A DNA stretch of 63,971 nucleotides, filler included, from Octopus bimaculoides (lineage: Eukaryota), in NCBI RefSeq assembly GCF_001194135.2. It is 6 parts of 5 records of this genome, joined end to end, with 100 filler letters (N's around TTAATTAATTAA, not from the genome) between each part and the next. Parts side by side here need not be neighbours in the genome. Positions count along the whole stretch, not along the records: positions 49,341 to 62,849 come from NC_068993.1; positions 62,950 to 63,971 come from NW_026396269.1; 4 more parts are not named here. One strand, 5' to 3'. This document shows, one piece after another, positions 50,434 through 63,205 of this stretch. Numbering within the stretch: position 1 is the first letter of the stretch; every line of letters starts with the position of its first letter. The notes beneath the pieces are model-generated. The model was not told the origin of the DNA and did no database searches. It saw nothing but the letters and a program-made list of their open reading frames with translations. The translations under genes were made by a program, and so were the position numbers.

Positions 50434-52139
50434 CTTGTTCAAACCATAGTGATGGTTCAGACGTTGGCAGTTGTGATGATGATGGTGATGGCGGCGGTGG
50501 TGGTTGCTGCGTGTTTGGTGCTGTATGTTAGGTGGGCGAGAGTGAGTGTGTTTTGTGTGATAGCTCACCAGAAGAAAACATTGTGTTAGCGATTATAATT
50601 GAAACTAACCAAAGAATAAACAAGGTTTAAATTGGCTTGCTAAGGAATATCTTAACACCTGGTACTTTTCCGTTGAATGTGTTGCAAAAATCACAGGGTA
50701 TATTGTAGAGACGGCAAACGAGAGAGAAAGAACAAACCAAGGAGAACGAGCGATATGGATGGAGAATGCGAGAGAGACAATGTGAGGGGTAGAGAGATAG
50801 TATATATCTGATAATGTAATACAATATCTCAGAAGAAAGCAGATCTAGAGTTATTATGCTACAATCGAGACATTAAACAGAAATGAAGTAAGTTGATTAA
50901 TTACGACAAACGTGACAATGATGGTTCTATTTTATTATGTATTTCTATTAAATTAATGGAAAGTTGGCTGATGGCAAGTCAATAGCTTGTTGGTATTGTA
51001 GCCTAAGGGTGAGCCAATATTAAGTGGATTACACTTGACCGAATGGTGTCGTGTATGTTCATGTCGAGAGATCGACAGTTCAAATTACGTTAGCGGCACT
51101 ATGCTGTGTTCCACAATCAAGATTCAACGAATTAAATACCGTTAAACTGTGATCAACAGAATGACTTCATATGTCTTTGCTGTATAAAAAGTAATTATTT
51201 CTAAATTAGGCAGAAATCAAATATTTGGTAAAAGTTGAAAAATAGATTACAACAGCCCCAGTATTTCACTGGTACTTTATTTTATCGACTTAGGATGAAA
51301 GGAAATACTCACGAACATGTGGCAGAAAAATATCGGGTCATGTAAAATACTATGGATGAAGAAACCAAATCAATAATTTATGGGCTACATCCCTCAACGA
51401 TGAAACCATGAGATTAAGAAAACTTGGAGGACACCTCAAAAGTGCACATCCACAACACGCAAGAAACTTGAATACTTAAAACATCTGTCTGGTTGAAAAT
51501 CAAACAGAAGTCAATAAAATGTTATACAGTCACAGACCAGCAAGAACACACACGAACTCCAAGATAGTTATGATTACAGTTTTCATAATACTAACAAATC
51601 TAGACTGTGCATTGTTGGTAAAGAGTAGCAAAATCCATACATTAAAATCTAGTCCCTAGACCATTGTTTAGTCCATTGCTAGGCTATAAATTTTAAATTA
51701 ATTCCAGTCGGCATGTTTTGAACATAACGATTGCGACTCTAATCCAGATTAAATTGTTAGCTACTTATATCACAACAGTGGCCAAACTGTAGATCGTGAG
51801 CTGCATGTGGCTTTCAAAGTTATTATACAAGGCTTCCGAAATAATGCTTCTGTGTCATTTTCCTGAAAAAAAATTTAATATCTTATGAGACAGATTTTTA
51901 AGTAATAACTGCAAAAACGATAATTCAATAAAAACCTTCAACGAGGGTAATTAATCAATATACTTTGTGTGAACAAAACTAAATGACGGAATATTTTCTG
52001 CTTCATAGACATGATTAAAAAATATTACTTACAGCTTTTGAAAGTTAAAATATACGATATTGGCTCATCTTATCAATCAACACGGTCCTCCCAGTTATGT
52101 AACAATGCTATCAATCTGATTTACAAATACTGAGTTCAG

Positions 52140-52360
52140 ATTTTGGTAGAGGGCCAGCAGTTTTTGAAGGGGAGGAGGAAGTCGATTACATCGACCCCCC
52201 CCCCCCCAGTACTTGACTAGTACTTATTTTATCAACTCGCAAAAGATGAAAAGCAAAGTCAATCTCAGCGAATTTTGAATTCAGATCGTAGAAACAGACA
52301 AAAATGCCGCTAAGCAGTTTGGCCGGTGTGCTAACGATTCAGCCAGCGAGCCGCCACCTA
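52140..52360 (-). repeat. SINE family D
   Basis: gtcgattacatcgacccc..tacttattttatc..aaagtc..gctaacgattc.gccagc.agccgcc. Another copy lies at about 59835-60025. Confidence 0.8.
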
Positions 52361-53984
52361 ATTCAGAAATATTATTATTTCACCGAAGCCAGCCAGCATA
52401 TAGAAATATTATCACCTGGACAGTGTGTAAGTATTCTGTCTTAATCTCCATTACTTTAACTAAGCAATATAAAATTGGAACTATGTTAGATTTGTCTCTT
52501 TAGTTTTTAATATATCTTATATTAAACTTAATTTATTAAATTAACTTTTAAATTATCATTCTACACTACTTCTACACAATTTTGAGGCATTCTACACGAG
52601 ATTATTAATATTCTGTGATCAACAGAATGACTTCATACGTCTTGCTGTATAAAAAATAATTANNNNNNNNNNGAAATAAGAGAGTCAAGATTATTGAAAA
52701 GGTTGCAAGACGCAACGAACATTTTAGGAAAATAAAAATAAGAAATAAGTGGAAATTTTACCGGTGAGTGTGTTAAATTTTAAGGCACAATAAGAAAATG
52801 ACTCTCCCCAGACACAACAGATTAATTTATTAAATTAACTTTTAAATTATCATTCTACACTACTTCTACACAATTTTGAGGCATTCTACACGAGATTATT
52901 AATATTCTGTGATCAACAGAATGACTTCATACGTCTTGCTGTATAAAAAATAATTATTTCTGAATTGGGCAGAAATCAAATATTTGGAGAAGGTTGAAAA
53001 GTCGATTACAACAGCCTCAGTATTTCACTGATACATTATTTTATCGACTTACGATAAAAGGAAATACTCACAAACATAAAAAAGTTTATTTCTGTTTGAC
53101 TTCACTTATCTACCTGGAAGTACTTCATTCAATTTCTAAAAGCTGGGTTAGCTCTATCAATCTCGCGTGAAAAAAGTGACCTATCGAGCTATCAGAAATC
53201 AAAGTAAACGAGTAACAGCTGCAGGAAAGAGTAAAAAACACATCAATAAACTTTATTTTTTTTCTCATTGTATTTCTAAACTGCTGTTCCGGATACATGC
53301 GGCAGCATATCTGATTTAGTTGAAGCGGAATATAAGAACCAGCTCATAAGTATTGAGTTCAAATCCATCACACATATTTCTTTGTTGCTGCGGTTTAACT
53401 CTCTAATTAATCCTTAGTTAGCAGACTCATGATGAGAGGCGTTCTAACTCTGACCACCTTGTATTTTAATTCGGCATAATGTATGATCTAACGTCTCATT
53501 TTATTAAGGTGGCATAATGTGATTAGTAGAAGATGCTTGGTTACTATTTCTAGCAAATCAGGTGACTACGTAGAGGTGCGCTTGTTGGCATGTGAAGGCA
53601 TTTTTTTGAAAATTTGCTAGAAAAACACTGCATTGAGTTGCGTCGTTTTATAGCAAAACGTCAACTTATCCAATCTAATCTATAAAGAGAAATTGATAAA
53701 AAAAAAAAAAGCACCACTCTTAAATTCTGCGTGAATATGATCAACTAAAGCCCTTGAAGCTGGTGTCCTAGCATGGCTGCAATCGAATTAAAGAATCTTG
53801 TGAAAGAGTAGTATAAGAAATTCCGATCAGTTTATCTAGATAATAGTGGAAATGTTAGACAAGCAGCACACTTTAATATAGATTAAACTCTGGTCTTCAC
53901 AGCAACTCGTAACTAAAGATAAATAAGGTGATATAAACTTTGATTGAATATTAGGGTCAATTTGAATGTGCGCTCGCGTGTTTG

Positions 53985-54195
53985 TGCCTGTATTTGTCCC
54001 CCAATATCGCTTAACAACCGAAGTTGGTTTGCTTACGTTCCTGTAACGTAGCGGTTCGGCAAAGAAGATCGATAAAATAAGTACCCGTCTTAACAAAAAA
54101 TAAGAACTTGGGTCGATTCATTCGACTAAAAATTTTGCAAGGTGGTGCCCCAGCATGGCTGCGGCCTAATGACTGAAACAAGTATAAGATAAAAG
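53985..54195 (+). repeat. SINE family B, 3' half
   Basis: tttgtccccc..gcggttcggcaaag..ataagtac..gggtcgatt..ccagcatggc..tgactgaaacaagt. A reverse copy lies at about 62625-62849. Confidence 0.75.
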
Positions 54196-54640
54196 ATAAA
54201 GGATTAGAAGTATTTGCTTTTTTTTTTTCTTTTTCATGGTTTTCCTGAAAAACGAAGCAGTAACTAAGCACTAATGTTGGCCAGTTATACAGCATACAAG
54301 TAAGTTGAGTAGCAATCTACTTTTCCAAAACTAGATAGTTAATAAAAGCCTCCAACGTGGTTTAAAAAAATAGTAACTGAATCACAGATTAAACTGTAAA
54401 AAATTACTTAAAGAAAAACAATAAGCAGAAATTATTTGCTTGCCAGGAATGTGACACAAGAATATTCAAAGATATACGACTTCATTGATAGTACGCACAT
54501 AGCGAAACATTAAATAGATGCATGCATGTATACATACAAACACATACATACATACATGCATACATACATATATATACAGACAGACAGACAGACAGATATG
54601 CATACATGATACATACATACGCACATATACACATACACAC

Positions 54641-55257
54641 GCGCGGGATGCTATTAAAAGTTTCCGAACTAGTTCTGTAGCGCGCAAAAGATGGCAGCAT
54701 ACTGTTGCATGTGCAGTGAGAGCTAGCAGCGTCCCTCATGAGGCATCACTGCGTTTAGTTTGCAAGTGGTGAAATTTCTGTTTTTGTAATCACGTGTACC
54801 CTGCGATTTTGTCATGGACAGGAACAAAGAGCCAACGTGACACTTTGCGTTAAACTTGGGAAGTCTGCGACAGAGACACTGAGTATGCTTCGGCAAGCTT
54901 ACGGCAACGAAACAATGGGTCTTAAGCAATGCTTCGAGTGGCAAGGGCGCTTCAAAAGCAGAAGAACGTCCTTTGAAGACGATGAGTGTCAACCCCGTAA
55001 ATGTAATATTGTGCATCGATAATTTTTCCCCCCCAAGGCCAGACCATCAATCCAAACTTTTACTGTAACGTTTTGAAGCGTTTGATGGAGGATATTCGGC
55101 GAAAGCGACCGGATCCGTGGAGCGCGACGAATTGGATTTTTGGTGACGACAATGTACTCTATCATTGACTTCTGAGTTTCTCGCCCAAAACATGGTATCG
55201 CTTCTGCACCCACTCTATTCGCCAGATTTAGAACTTGCGGACTTCCCCAAGATGAAC
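54641..55257 (+). mobile_element. Internally deleted mariner element, 3' end lost in a gap
   Basis: TIR-like start gggatgctattaaaagtttccgaact; VKLGKSATETLSMLRQAYG..CFEW..RFK..RTSFEDDE joined directly to the IVH..PQGQT.N region; then HPLYSPDL..ADF. Confidence 0.85.
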
Positions 55258-55621
55258 NNNNNNNNNNNNNNNNNNNNNNNNNNNNNNNNNNNNNNNNNNN
55301 NNNNNNNNNNNNNNNNNNNNNNNNNNNNNNNNNNNNNNNNNNNNNNNNNNNNNNNNNNNNNNNNNNNNNNNNNNNNNNNNNNNNNNNNNNNNNNNNNNNN
55401 NNNNNNNNNNNNNNNNNNNNNNNNNNNNNNNNNNNNNNNNNNNNNNNNNNNNNNNNNNNNNNNNNNNNNNNNNNNNNNNNNNNNNNNNNNNNNNNNNNNN
55501 NNNNNNNNNNNNNNNNNNNNNNNNNNNNNNNNNNNNNNNNNNNNNNNNNNNNNNNNNNNNNNNNNNNNNNNNNNNNNNNNNNNNNNNNNNNNNNNNNNNN
55601 NNNNNNNNNNNNNNNNNNNNN

Positions 55622-55669
<48 letters not shown>

Positions 55670-56795
55670 CCATGCGTATATATACATGACTACACACACA
55701 TACAAATAAAATATCAGGAAATACAAAGAACTAGATACACATTATATATATAGTACATTAAAATGAAACACAATAGCATAAAAGTGACCGATTAACAACA
55801 ATGACACAGCTGTCAGTTATGACTATTATCGAACACTATAAAGGTAGACATATAATACTTACAGTAGGCATATAATATTTTAGGTGGGCATATAATACAG
55901 TTAAAATATAGATTTCATGGTTTTTACTAGTCAGCGGAATGAATGATATTTTTTCTTCGATTATTTATTTACTTATTTATTTATTTAAACTAGTTTCAAC
56001 CTCTGGGATTTTCAAGCACGGAAATATCATTCTGTAATGAAAGTACACGTAGTTCCTGTATGTGTCAGTGTACTCTATTGTGGTGGCCATGATATTATTG
56101 AACGTCTTAGTTATCTGCCATTAAGTTAGGCCCGCTGGTCAACCGGACATTAAAAGTATTGAATAACGAAGAAATATTCAATTTTAAAATGCCTCCACTA
56201 GCGAAAGAAGGTGTTTGTACGCAGGGTCGCTTTATCAGTTAGAAATAAAAGGCATCTCTATCTCTCTCTCTCTTTATTTCTCTCAAACTACAAGGAATGC
56301 CTAAAAAAAAATGCAACATTTGAGAACGTATTCTCTGTATAAAGATGGGATGACTTTAGCACGAATTCCTTTGGTCATATGTCTACTCGATCAGAGGCAA
56401 CATAGGGTTAAATAATAACCACAAGAATAGCAATATCGCCATTGCTTACAGTTATCAACCATTATAACTTCCGGTTCCTTCTTACGAGTAAGGGGCACTG
56501 TTGGAGGTGTATCTCACCTTATAAAGCATTATACACCTTATCATAAGGAGTTCTACAGACATTCTCCATAATCACGTGCAGCTGCTGGATCCAGGAACCT
56601 CTATTTAATTCCTGATTCCATATATTGTCTTAAGATACTTGTTTCCTTTGAAATCCACAAGTATCTTGTATTTTAGGGTAGATGGGATGTTGTAATAGTT
56701 ATTCATTCACCAAATGCTATTACAACAGAATGACTGCAATAAGGACATGTAATCGCATTATTGTTTTATCTCTCCAGAAGCTTCACTTTTGTTTT

Positions 56796-57086
56796 ATGGA
56801 ATGCTTCTTAGCTACATTGCTCTCTACACTTTGTCTCGCAATACTGGTTGCTTCCAATCAAGCAGAACAATCTATTTGGAGAGCAGGGAAATATCCTAAA
56901 CGTTACTTTGAAAGATATCAACGGAATCCAAGAACTAATCGTATTCATAAAATATCTCCAGTACACCATAATATCAATCATTGTCAGCGTCTGTTAAGAA
57001 GAACTAACGTTCTTGTGTATAAACAAGGTTCGCTAAAAATGTTATCTGTTAAGTCTGTATCATATTTAATTAATCTAAACAAATGA
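56796..57086 (+). CDS. Candidate small secreted-protein ORF or first coding exon (96 aa if unspliced)
   Basis: Acceptor ttgttttatctctccag at 56777, ATG at 56796, hydrophobic start MECFLATLLSTLCLAILVASNQA, KR and RR sites, possible donor CAAG|GTTCGC at 57027. Lies in the longest ORF not derived from repeats, gaps or transposons; no homology recognised. Confidence 0.3.
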   Translation: MECFLATLLSTLCLAILVASNQAEQSIWRAGKYPKRYFERYQRNPRTNRIHKISPVHHNINHCQRLLRRTNVLVYKQGSLKMLSVKSVSYLINLNK

Positions 57087-57348
57087 AACTGAATATTTAC
57101 AAGGATCAGCTCATCTGTCTTCTGGTTCCTTATTACAACTGAATGGACACTGTTGAAAGTATATGTCACTTTGCCATACAGCAACTATTTAATCGATCAT
57201 CTGCGACTCCTAGACTCAAGAACCTATGTTTGATTTTTGATGCTAAGCACATTTGTGCGCTAAGCATCGGGAATGAAAGTAAATAACGTAGGATAAAATA
57301 TTATACTGCTACAGTATTGTTCCTTTACTATATTACTTTTATATTACT

Positions 57349-57606
57349 GGAGGCGCGTAAAATAGTGGTTAAGGTGTCAGCACCATGATCGTAAGATTGT
57401 GGTTTCGATTCCTGGATCAGGCGACGCGTTGTGTTCTTGAGCAAAACACTTCATTTCACGTTGCTCCAGTCCACTCAGCTGGCAAAAATGAGTAGCGCTG
57501 CGATGGACTGGCGTCCCGTCCAGCTGGGGAACACACACGCCATTGAAACCGGGAAACCGGGCCCATGAGCCTGGCTAGGCTTTAAAAGGGCGCATTTATT
57601 TATTTT
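57349..57606 (+). mobile_element. tRNA-derived SINE family A with a V-SINE-like central motif (tail variant 3)
   Basis: A-box tagtggttaagg, B-box gtttcgattcc, shared core, then ctgcgatggactggcgtcccgtccag and a (TTTA)n end. Confidence 0.8.
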
Positions 57607-58311
57607 ATAGTAAATAATTAGTTCCTCTAATTTTATCACCTTTAGAATAAAATATATTTTTTGGTTTCCAGTAACTATTCTATTTCTCTTTCATTAGATC
57701 TATTGGCTCCATCAACATTGATTGTTGCAATTGAAACGTAACGACAATGACAGTAACAACAACAATAACAAACGAAATACACTATAAAAAAAAGTCAGAG
57801 GTACTCTATGTAAGCACTTCAACTACTAAAAATGGGAGATTAGTTCTCTTCAAATTACCCTACGCAGTTTTTAAATAGGGAAAGAGATATACGCATCCAG
57901 TGCACATTTTTAAAACACAGATGGATGATCACAGTTTCAACTCTGTTAAAAATAAAGCTATGCAACCAAGGTCAATCTGGAAGATAAGCATTATTTACTG
58001 CGCAACTTTACGTCATATGCATCACTTTAGCTCCGCCAATAGAAATATTATTATGTTGTTTAATAATACTGTAATGTCTTGAGGTATTCATTGGAAGTAT
58101 GAAATCATTCTAAAACAGAACGTCATAATCTCACTGATATATTTCGTATCATATACTTTCAACTATAATGGTGTTAGTTATAAGTTTATAATATACCAAT
58201 CACTATTTCATTGCATTTATGATGGCGAGACTAACAAGGGAGTGTTGTTGCAACTGTGGTGGAACAAATATCACTTGAAAGTACCAGTTAATCGTTTTCC
58301 TTTGTTTGCTG

Positions 58312-58364
<53 letters not shown>

Positions 58365-58486
58365 NNNNNNNNNNNNNNNNNNNNNNNNNNNNNNNNNNNN
58401 NNNNNNNNNNNNNNNNNNNNNNNNNNNNNNNNNNNNNNNNNNNNNNNNNNNNNNNNNNNNNNNNNNNNNNNNNNNNNNNNNNNNNN

Positions 58487-58521
<35 letters not shown>

Positions 58522-58574
58522 TAAATGTATATCTATCTATCTGTTTGTCTATCGATCAATCTATCACTTTCTCC

Positions 58575-58720
58575 TAAGATAAGCCGCCCACTTCTGCACT
58601 GTTGACAAACTTGGAGTGTCATCCCTTAATGTGTAGGCAAGTACACGAACTACAACTACCCAAAGTATTCTAATCAAAATAAGCGAACAAGAAATTAAAA
58701 ACGTGGTACCGTTTGACAAA
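58575..58720 (-). mobile_element. Mariner N-terminal remnant
   Basis: Minus-strand peptide TLRDDTPSLSTVQKWAAYLRR resembles TLGDDAP.LSTVQKWAAEF.RG. Confidence 0.65.
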
Positions 58721-58885
58721 TCTAACGAGACACATCTGCAATTATGATACACTACAACTGTGTGTACAGCATCTCACCCGCGAGGCACCAGTGCACGATG
58801 GGTAAAAACGATCTAGTGAATAATAACGGGTCTCGTGAATTCCATTTTCCTTCTCATATTAAATATGTATACATACATGTACATA

Positions 58886-58930
<45 letters not shown>

Positions 58931-59044
58931 TGTCAACACTTCATTGATATTTGTTCAATTGGAGTTGATTATTTTTATGTATACGATTAAGGGTTGAAAC
59001 AATGGTAGTGCAAACTATTATACAAACGTATGTATGTATGTATG

Positions 59045-59094
<50 letters not shown>

Positions 59095-59100
59095 ACTACC

Positions 59101-59162
<62 letters not shown>

Positions 59163-61131
59163 TCTGTTTGTTTGTGTGCGTGCGCGTGCACATATTCCCC
59201 TTATTAATTTTGCATTCCGAAGTATATCAGTGACTGGCGACATACAATATGAAATATTATACATTTATTTTTTATGATACTTTTCATAATGATGGATTAG
59301 TTTATTAAATATCAAATATGGAGTTATCTTCAGAAGCAATATTTGAATAATACATTACTTTAATAGCAAACTATATTAAAACGATGAAATAGTGTTAAAA
59401 TCTGTTACCTTTTCCTAGCCCCTCATCGAAGAATTCGTCGTAGAATTGCTCATATGGCAAACTGCGTAACTTGGATAGCCAGACCTGGCAGAGACTATCA
59501 CAGTTGATGTCTTGCAGGGAGAAGAATCGATCCACTACCGGAGTGGTGCTTTATTTGTTGACAATGATTGGATGAATGGCAGAACTTACCCCGATAGCAT
59601 TTCGACTTAGAACATATATACAGTCGAAACGACAACCACAGGGCATTCTATCCGATGCACTAACAACTCTGCCAATTTGCTACAATTAGTCGTAAAATAT
59701 AAACTGCCGAATTAAACGCTTCCCAATATTTAGTTCGCAGGCTCACCTTTTGTGAATTCTAAAACTTATGAGAGTAATATCATGCTATCAAGCGTAATAA
59801 AATCAGTAACTCTAATATTGATTTCAATTTTTGGATTAAGGCCAACAATTACGGGGGATGGAGTAAGTGGATTACATCGACCCCATCCCAGTGTTCAACT
59901 GGTACTTATTTTATCGACCCCGAAAGGATGAAAGTCAAAGTCGACGGAATTTGAACTCAAAAAGTAAAAAGTAGACGAAACGACGGTAAGCATTTCGCCC
60001 AATTCTTCCAGCCCGCCGCCTTACAGTACCTGTAATGTTATATTAGTTGTCGTTTGAAGCTATACCATTTCTGTCTCTCGAAATAAACTGAAAGAACGCA
60101 ATAATTCTTTATTACAGAGCGCCGTCGTAAAACTATTTTCCTTCACAAAATTATCCGCTTGTTTATATTAATTACACGACAACATACAATTTCGAAAATA
60201 AATATTCACAAAAAAAAAACCAAAAAAAAAAAAGAAACAAGAAAAACAACAACAATTATTTGCTGCAATAATTGGTAAATAATTATTTACTATATTTTAT
60301 TATTCTGTACCAATATTCCTAAGAGGAAATTACTATTCTAATTCAAATTCCAAAGAAAATGGTGCGCCTCAGCTACGATATTGGTTTTTAACAGAATAAC
60401 ATCCACCACCATCTCCCTCCTCTTAATAACGTCTTCATTTTCCACATAAACAGTTCATCTCCTTTGCATGGGAATAGCAATATTACTGCGTTTAAACGAA
60501 ACAATTTCCTTGGTACTCATATACAGTTGAGTAAATCATCTCCAAATGTCATCACCGTCTTTCAATTGGCTATCTTCTGAAATTGACAAGTAATGTTTTT
60601 CAAAATATTCTCACCAGCCATTTTCCAGAATCTGGTCTTATTTCTTCAATACCTATTGTTATGTCGAAATAATGTCCTCGGAATGTTTGCATAACGTATA
60701 TCTTGAAAACATAGCTCCAAGTTATTTCTGGCATTGACAAAACAGATAAATAGCATTTAGATTCACATTTAGTCACTCGCATGTGATAACTGCCACAGTT
60801 ATGGCGAAGCTATTCATTTAGATACATTGTTAAAACTTGCGTGTAACATAACACTAGTGATATTGCAAATCTTGCATTGGGGAATCTACACAAACACTTT
60901 CGACTGATAATTGTCACAGTATATTAAAAGGTACGCGTGATGATTGTCTTAGATTAGATATGAGATTTATTGCATTTAGAAACATATCCTGCTGTGTACT
61001 ACCAATGTTTTAAAATGCTGAGTTATTCATTTACATGTATTAATTATTGAACTATTGTCTTCTAAATGTGCATGAATCCTGCACTTTGTTGAATTAGGTG
61101 ATACAGAAGTTTCTGATTTTAATGCTTTAAT

Positions 61132-62391
61132 TATTGGGTCATCCCATAAATAATGCGGTTTTTATACTTCTTTTATTTTTCAAAATTAAGATAAACAAAG
61201 TTCTTTTTTAATCTAAAATATACTCTCATTCATTTTCTACGACGGTCTTCCATTTATCTGGTAGACTTGCTAGGCCCGTCTTCCAAAATTCACTTGTTGT
61301 GACGAAAAATACTCCAATACTGTTCTGACCTCTTCTACAGAATTCATTTTTTTCCCGCCCAAATGATTTTGAAGACTGCGGAATAAATGATAATCAGATG
61401 GAGCAATGTCCGGTGAATATGGTGGGTGGGGCTTCATTTCCCATTCAAACTGCTCCAGCCTTTGGTATGTCATCCTTGCTCTATGTGGTCTAGCATTATC
61501 CTGATGGAAGAACACCTTACGTCTTGAAACTAAAGATGGTTGTTTTTCTCCTAGTGCTGACTTAAGCCACTCAAGTTGCTCGCAGTAGATCTCTTTTGTT
61601 ATGGATTGGTTTGGGTTTAAAAGTTCAGAGTGGACTAAACCTTTCATATCCCACCAAACAGATAACAACACCTTATGTGGGGGAAGACCTTCTTTAGCCT
61701 GGGGTACCGGTGTTTCTCCTTTCCCTACCCACTATCTTCGGCGCTTGCCATTTTTATAGAGAACCCATTTCTCATCATCAGTCACTATTTGGTCCCCAAA
61801 AAGGGTCATTCATGAGACGTGACAGCAAAGACGAGTACACGTTCACATCTGTGCGCGCAATAAGACTTGGAGAGTTTGTGAGGAACCCATTGACCCAATT
61901 TGTTGACCTTTCCGATGGCACGCAAGTGGTGATGATTGGTTGACTAACCAAATCCAAGCTTCTCTGCTAGTTCCTCAACAGTTACGATAGGATTTTGTTC
62001 CACCAGGTTTGCAGGATGTCCTTATTGAGCTCTACAGATCTTACAGGACGAGGCTTGTCTTCTAGGTTGTAGTTTCTGGCTCGGAATTTCCGGAACCACC
62101 ATTGACACTGGCTTACACTTATTGTCCAATCCTCATATGCTGCATTAATATTCCTTGCACTTTCTTTTGCAAAATATGCCGAATATGCTCTTTTGTCCCT
62201 TCCATTATAGCTTTGAAAAAAATAACTGTTAAGACAGAACTGCACTCTTCAAAACTTGCACTAAGAATAAAAACAACGTAAAAGTTCTACCTGCTTCTAT
62301 AGCAAGTTGGTGCAGGTAGTTTATCCAGTCCCCCTCCGACTCTTAGTTCATGCAAATGAAAACATCGCATTATTTATCGGATGATCCAATA
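61132..62391 (-). mobile_element. Full-length (1.26 kb) DD34D mariner, transposase disrupted
   Basis: TIRs tattgggtcatcccataaataatgcg and (rc) tattggatcatccgataaataatgcg. N-terminal HTH region in ORF 61982..62245, IVTDDEKW near 61770, and HQDNARPH...YSPDIAPSDYHLF with 34 residues between the Asp residues in ORF 61270..61671. Confidence 0.95.
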
Positions 62392-63174
62392 AAAAGCTTT
62401 GGGTGTGTAAGTGGCAAGAAACAAAGAAAAAAACAAAAAGAAGAAAAATAAAATATAATTCCACTCATTTAGCCTACGATAAAATCTAAAGTATGAAGAC
62501 TCATAAATTTAGATAGTATTTCGTCGACAGATATATGTGATAGCTAGTAAATATTTCAAAAAGATCATAATTTCAGAGTTGTTTACGCGATATCAATATC
62601 ATAGAAATATGGTATTACTCTTTTACTCTTAAACTTGTTTCAGTCATTTCACTGTGGCCATGCTGGAGCACCACTTTTAGTCGAGTGAATCTACTCCAAG
62701 ACTTATTCTTTGTAAGCCTAGTACTTATTCTATCGGTCTCTTTTGCCGAACCGCTAAGTTACGGGGACGTAACCACACCAGCATCGGTTGTCAAGCGATG
62801 TTGGGGGGACAAACACAGACACACAAACATATACACACACATACATACANNNNNNNNNNNNNNNNNNNNNNNNNNNNNNNNNNNNNNNNNNNNTTAATTA
62901 ATTAANNNNNNNNNNNNNNNNNNNNNNNNNNNNNNNNNNNNNNNNNNNNATGTACATATACATATATACATATATATATGCATACATACTCATACACACA
63001 TACATGCACATACATATATATACATACGCATACGTATATACACACACGCACACATATATCTATAAACACAAGTATATCCATACNNNNNNNNNNTATATAC
63101 ACACACGCACACATATATCTATAAACACAAGTATATCCATACAATATATACACACATATGTATATACACGTTTG

Positions 63175-63205
<31 letters not shown>

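Noticed and set aside
50104-50589. Poly-Phe, poly-Leu and poly-Glu ORFs
   Set aside because: All three are frames of the (TTC)n tract; the flanks are low-complexity.
52528-52956. Identical 135-bp direct repeat spanning a 10-N gap, with different upstream flanks
   Set aside because: Most simply two haplotypes assembled in tandem, a possible heterozygous indel rather than a true duplication.
57349-57425. tRNA-like sequences with A and B boxes (also at 10320, 24267 and 46340)
   Set aside because: These are SINE heads with no complete cloverleaf; I found no true tRNA gene.
25048-62905. TTAATTAATTAA islands inside N runs at 25048, 39697, 43340, 49285 and 62894
   Set aside because: The same 12-mer is centred in a 100-base gap (44 N + 12 + 44 N) and gives stops in all frames. 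This looks like an assembly linker, not biological sequence.
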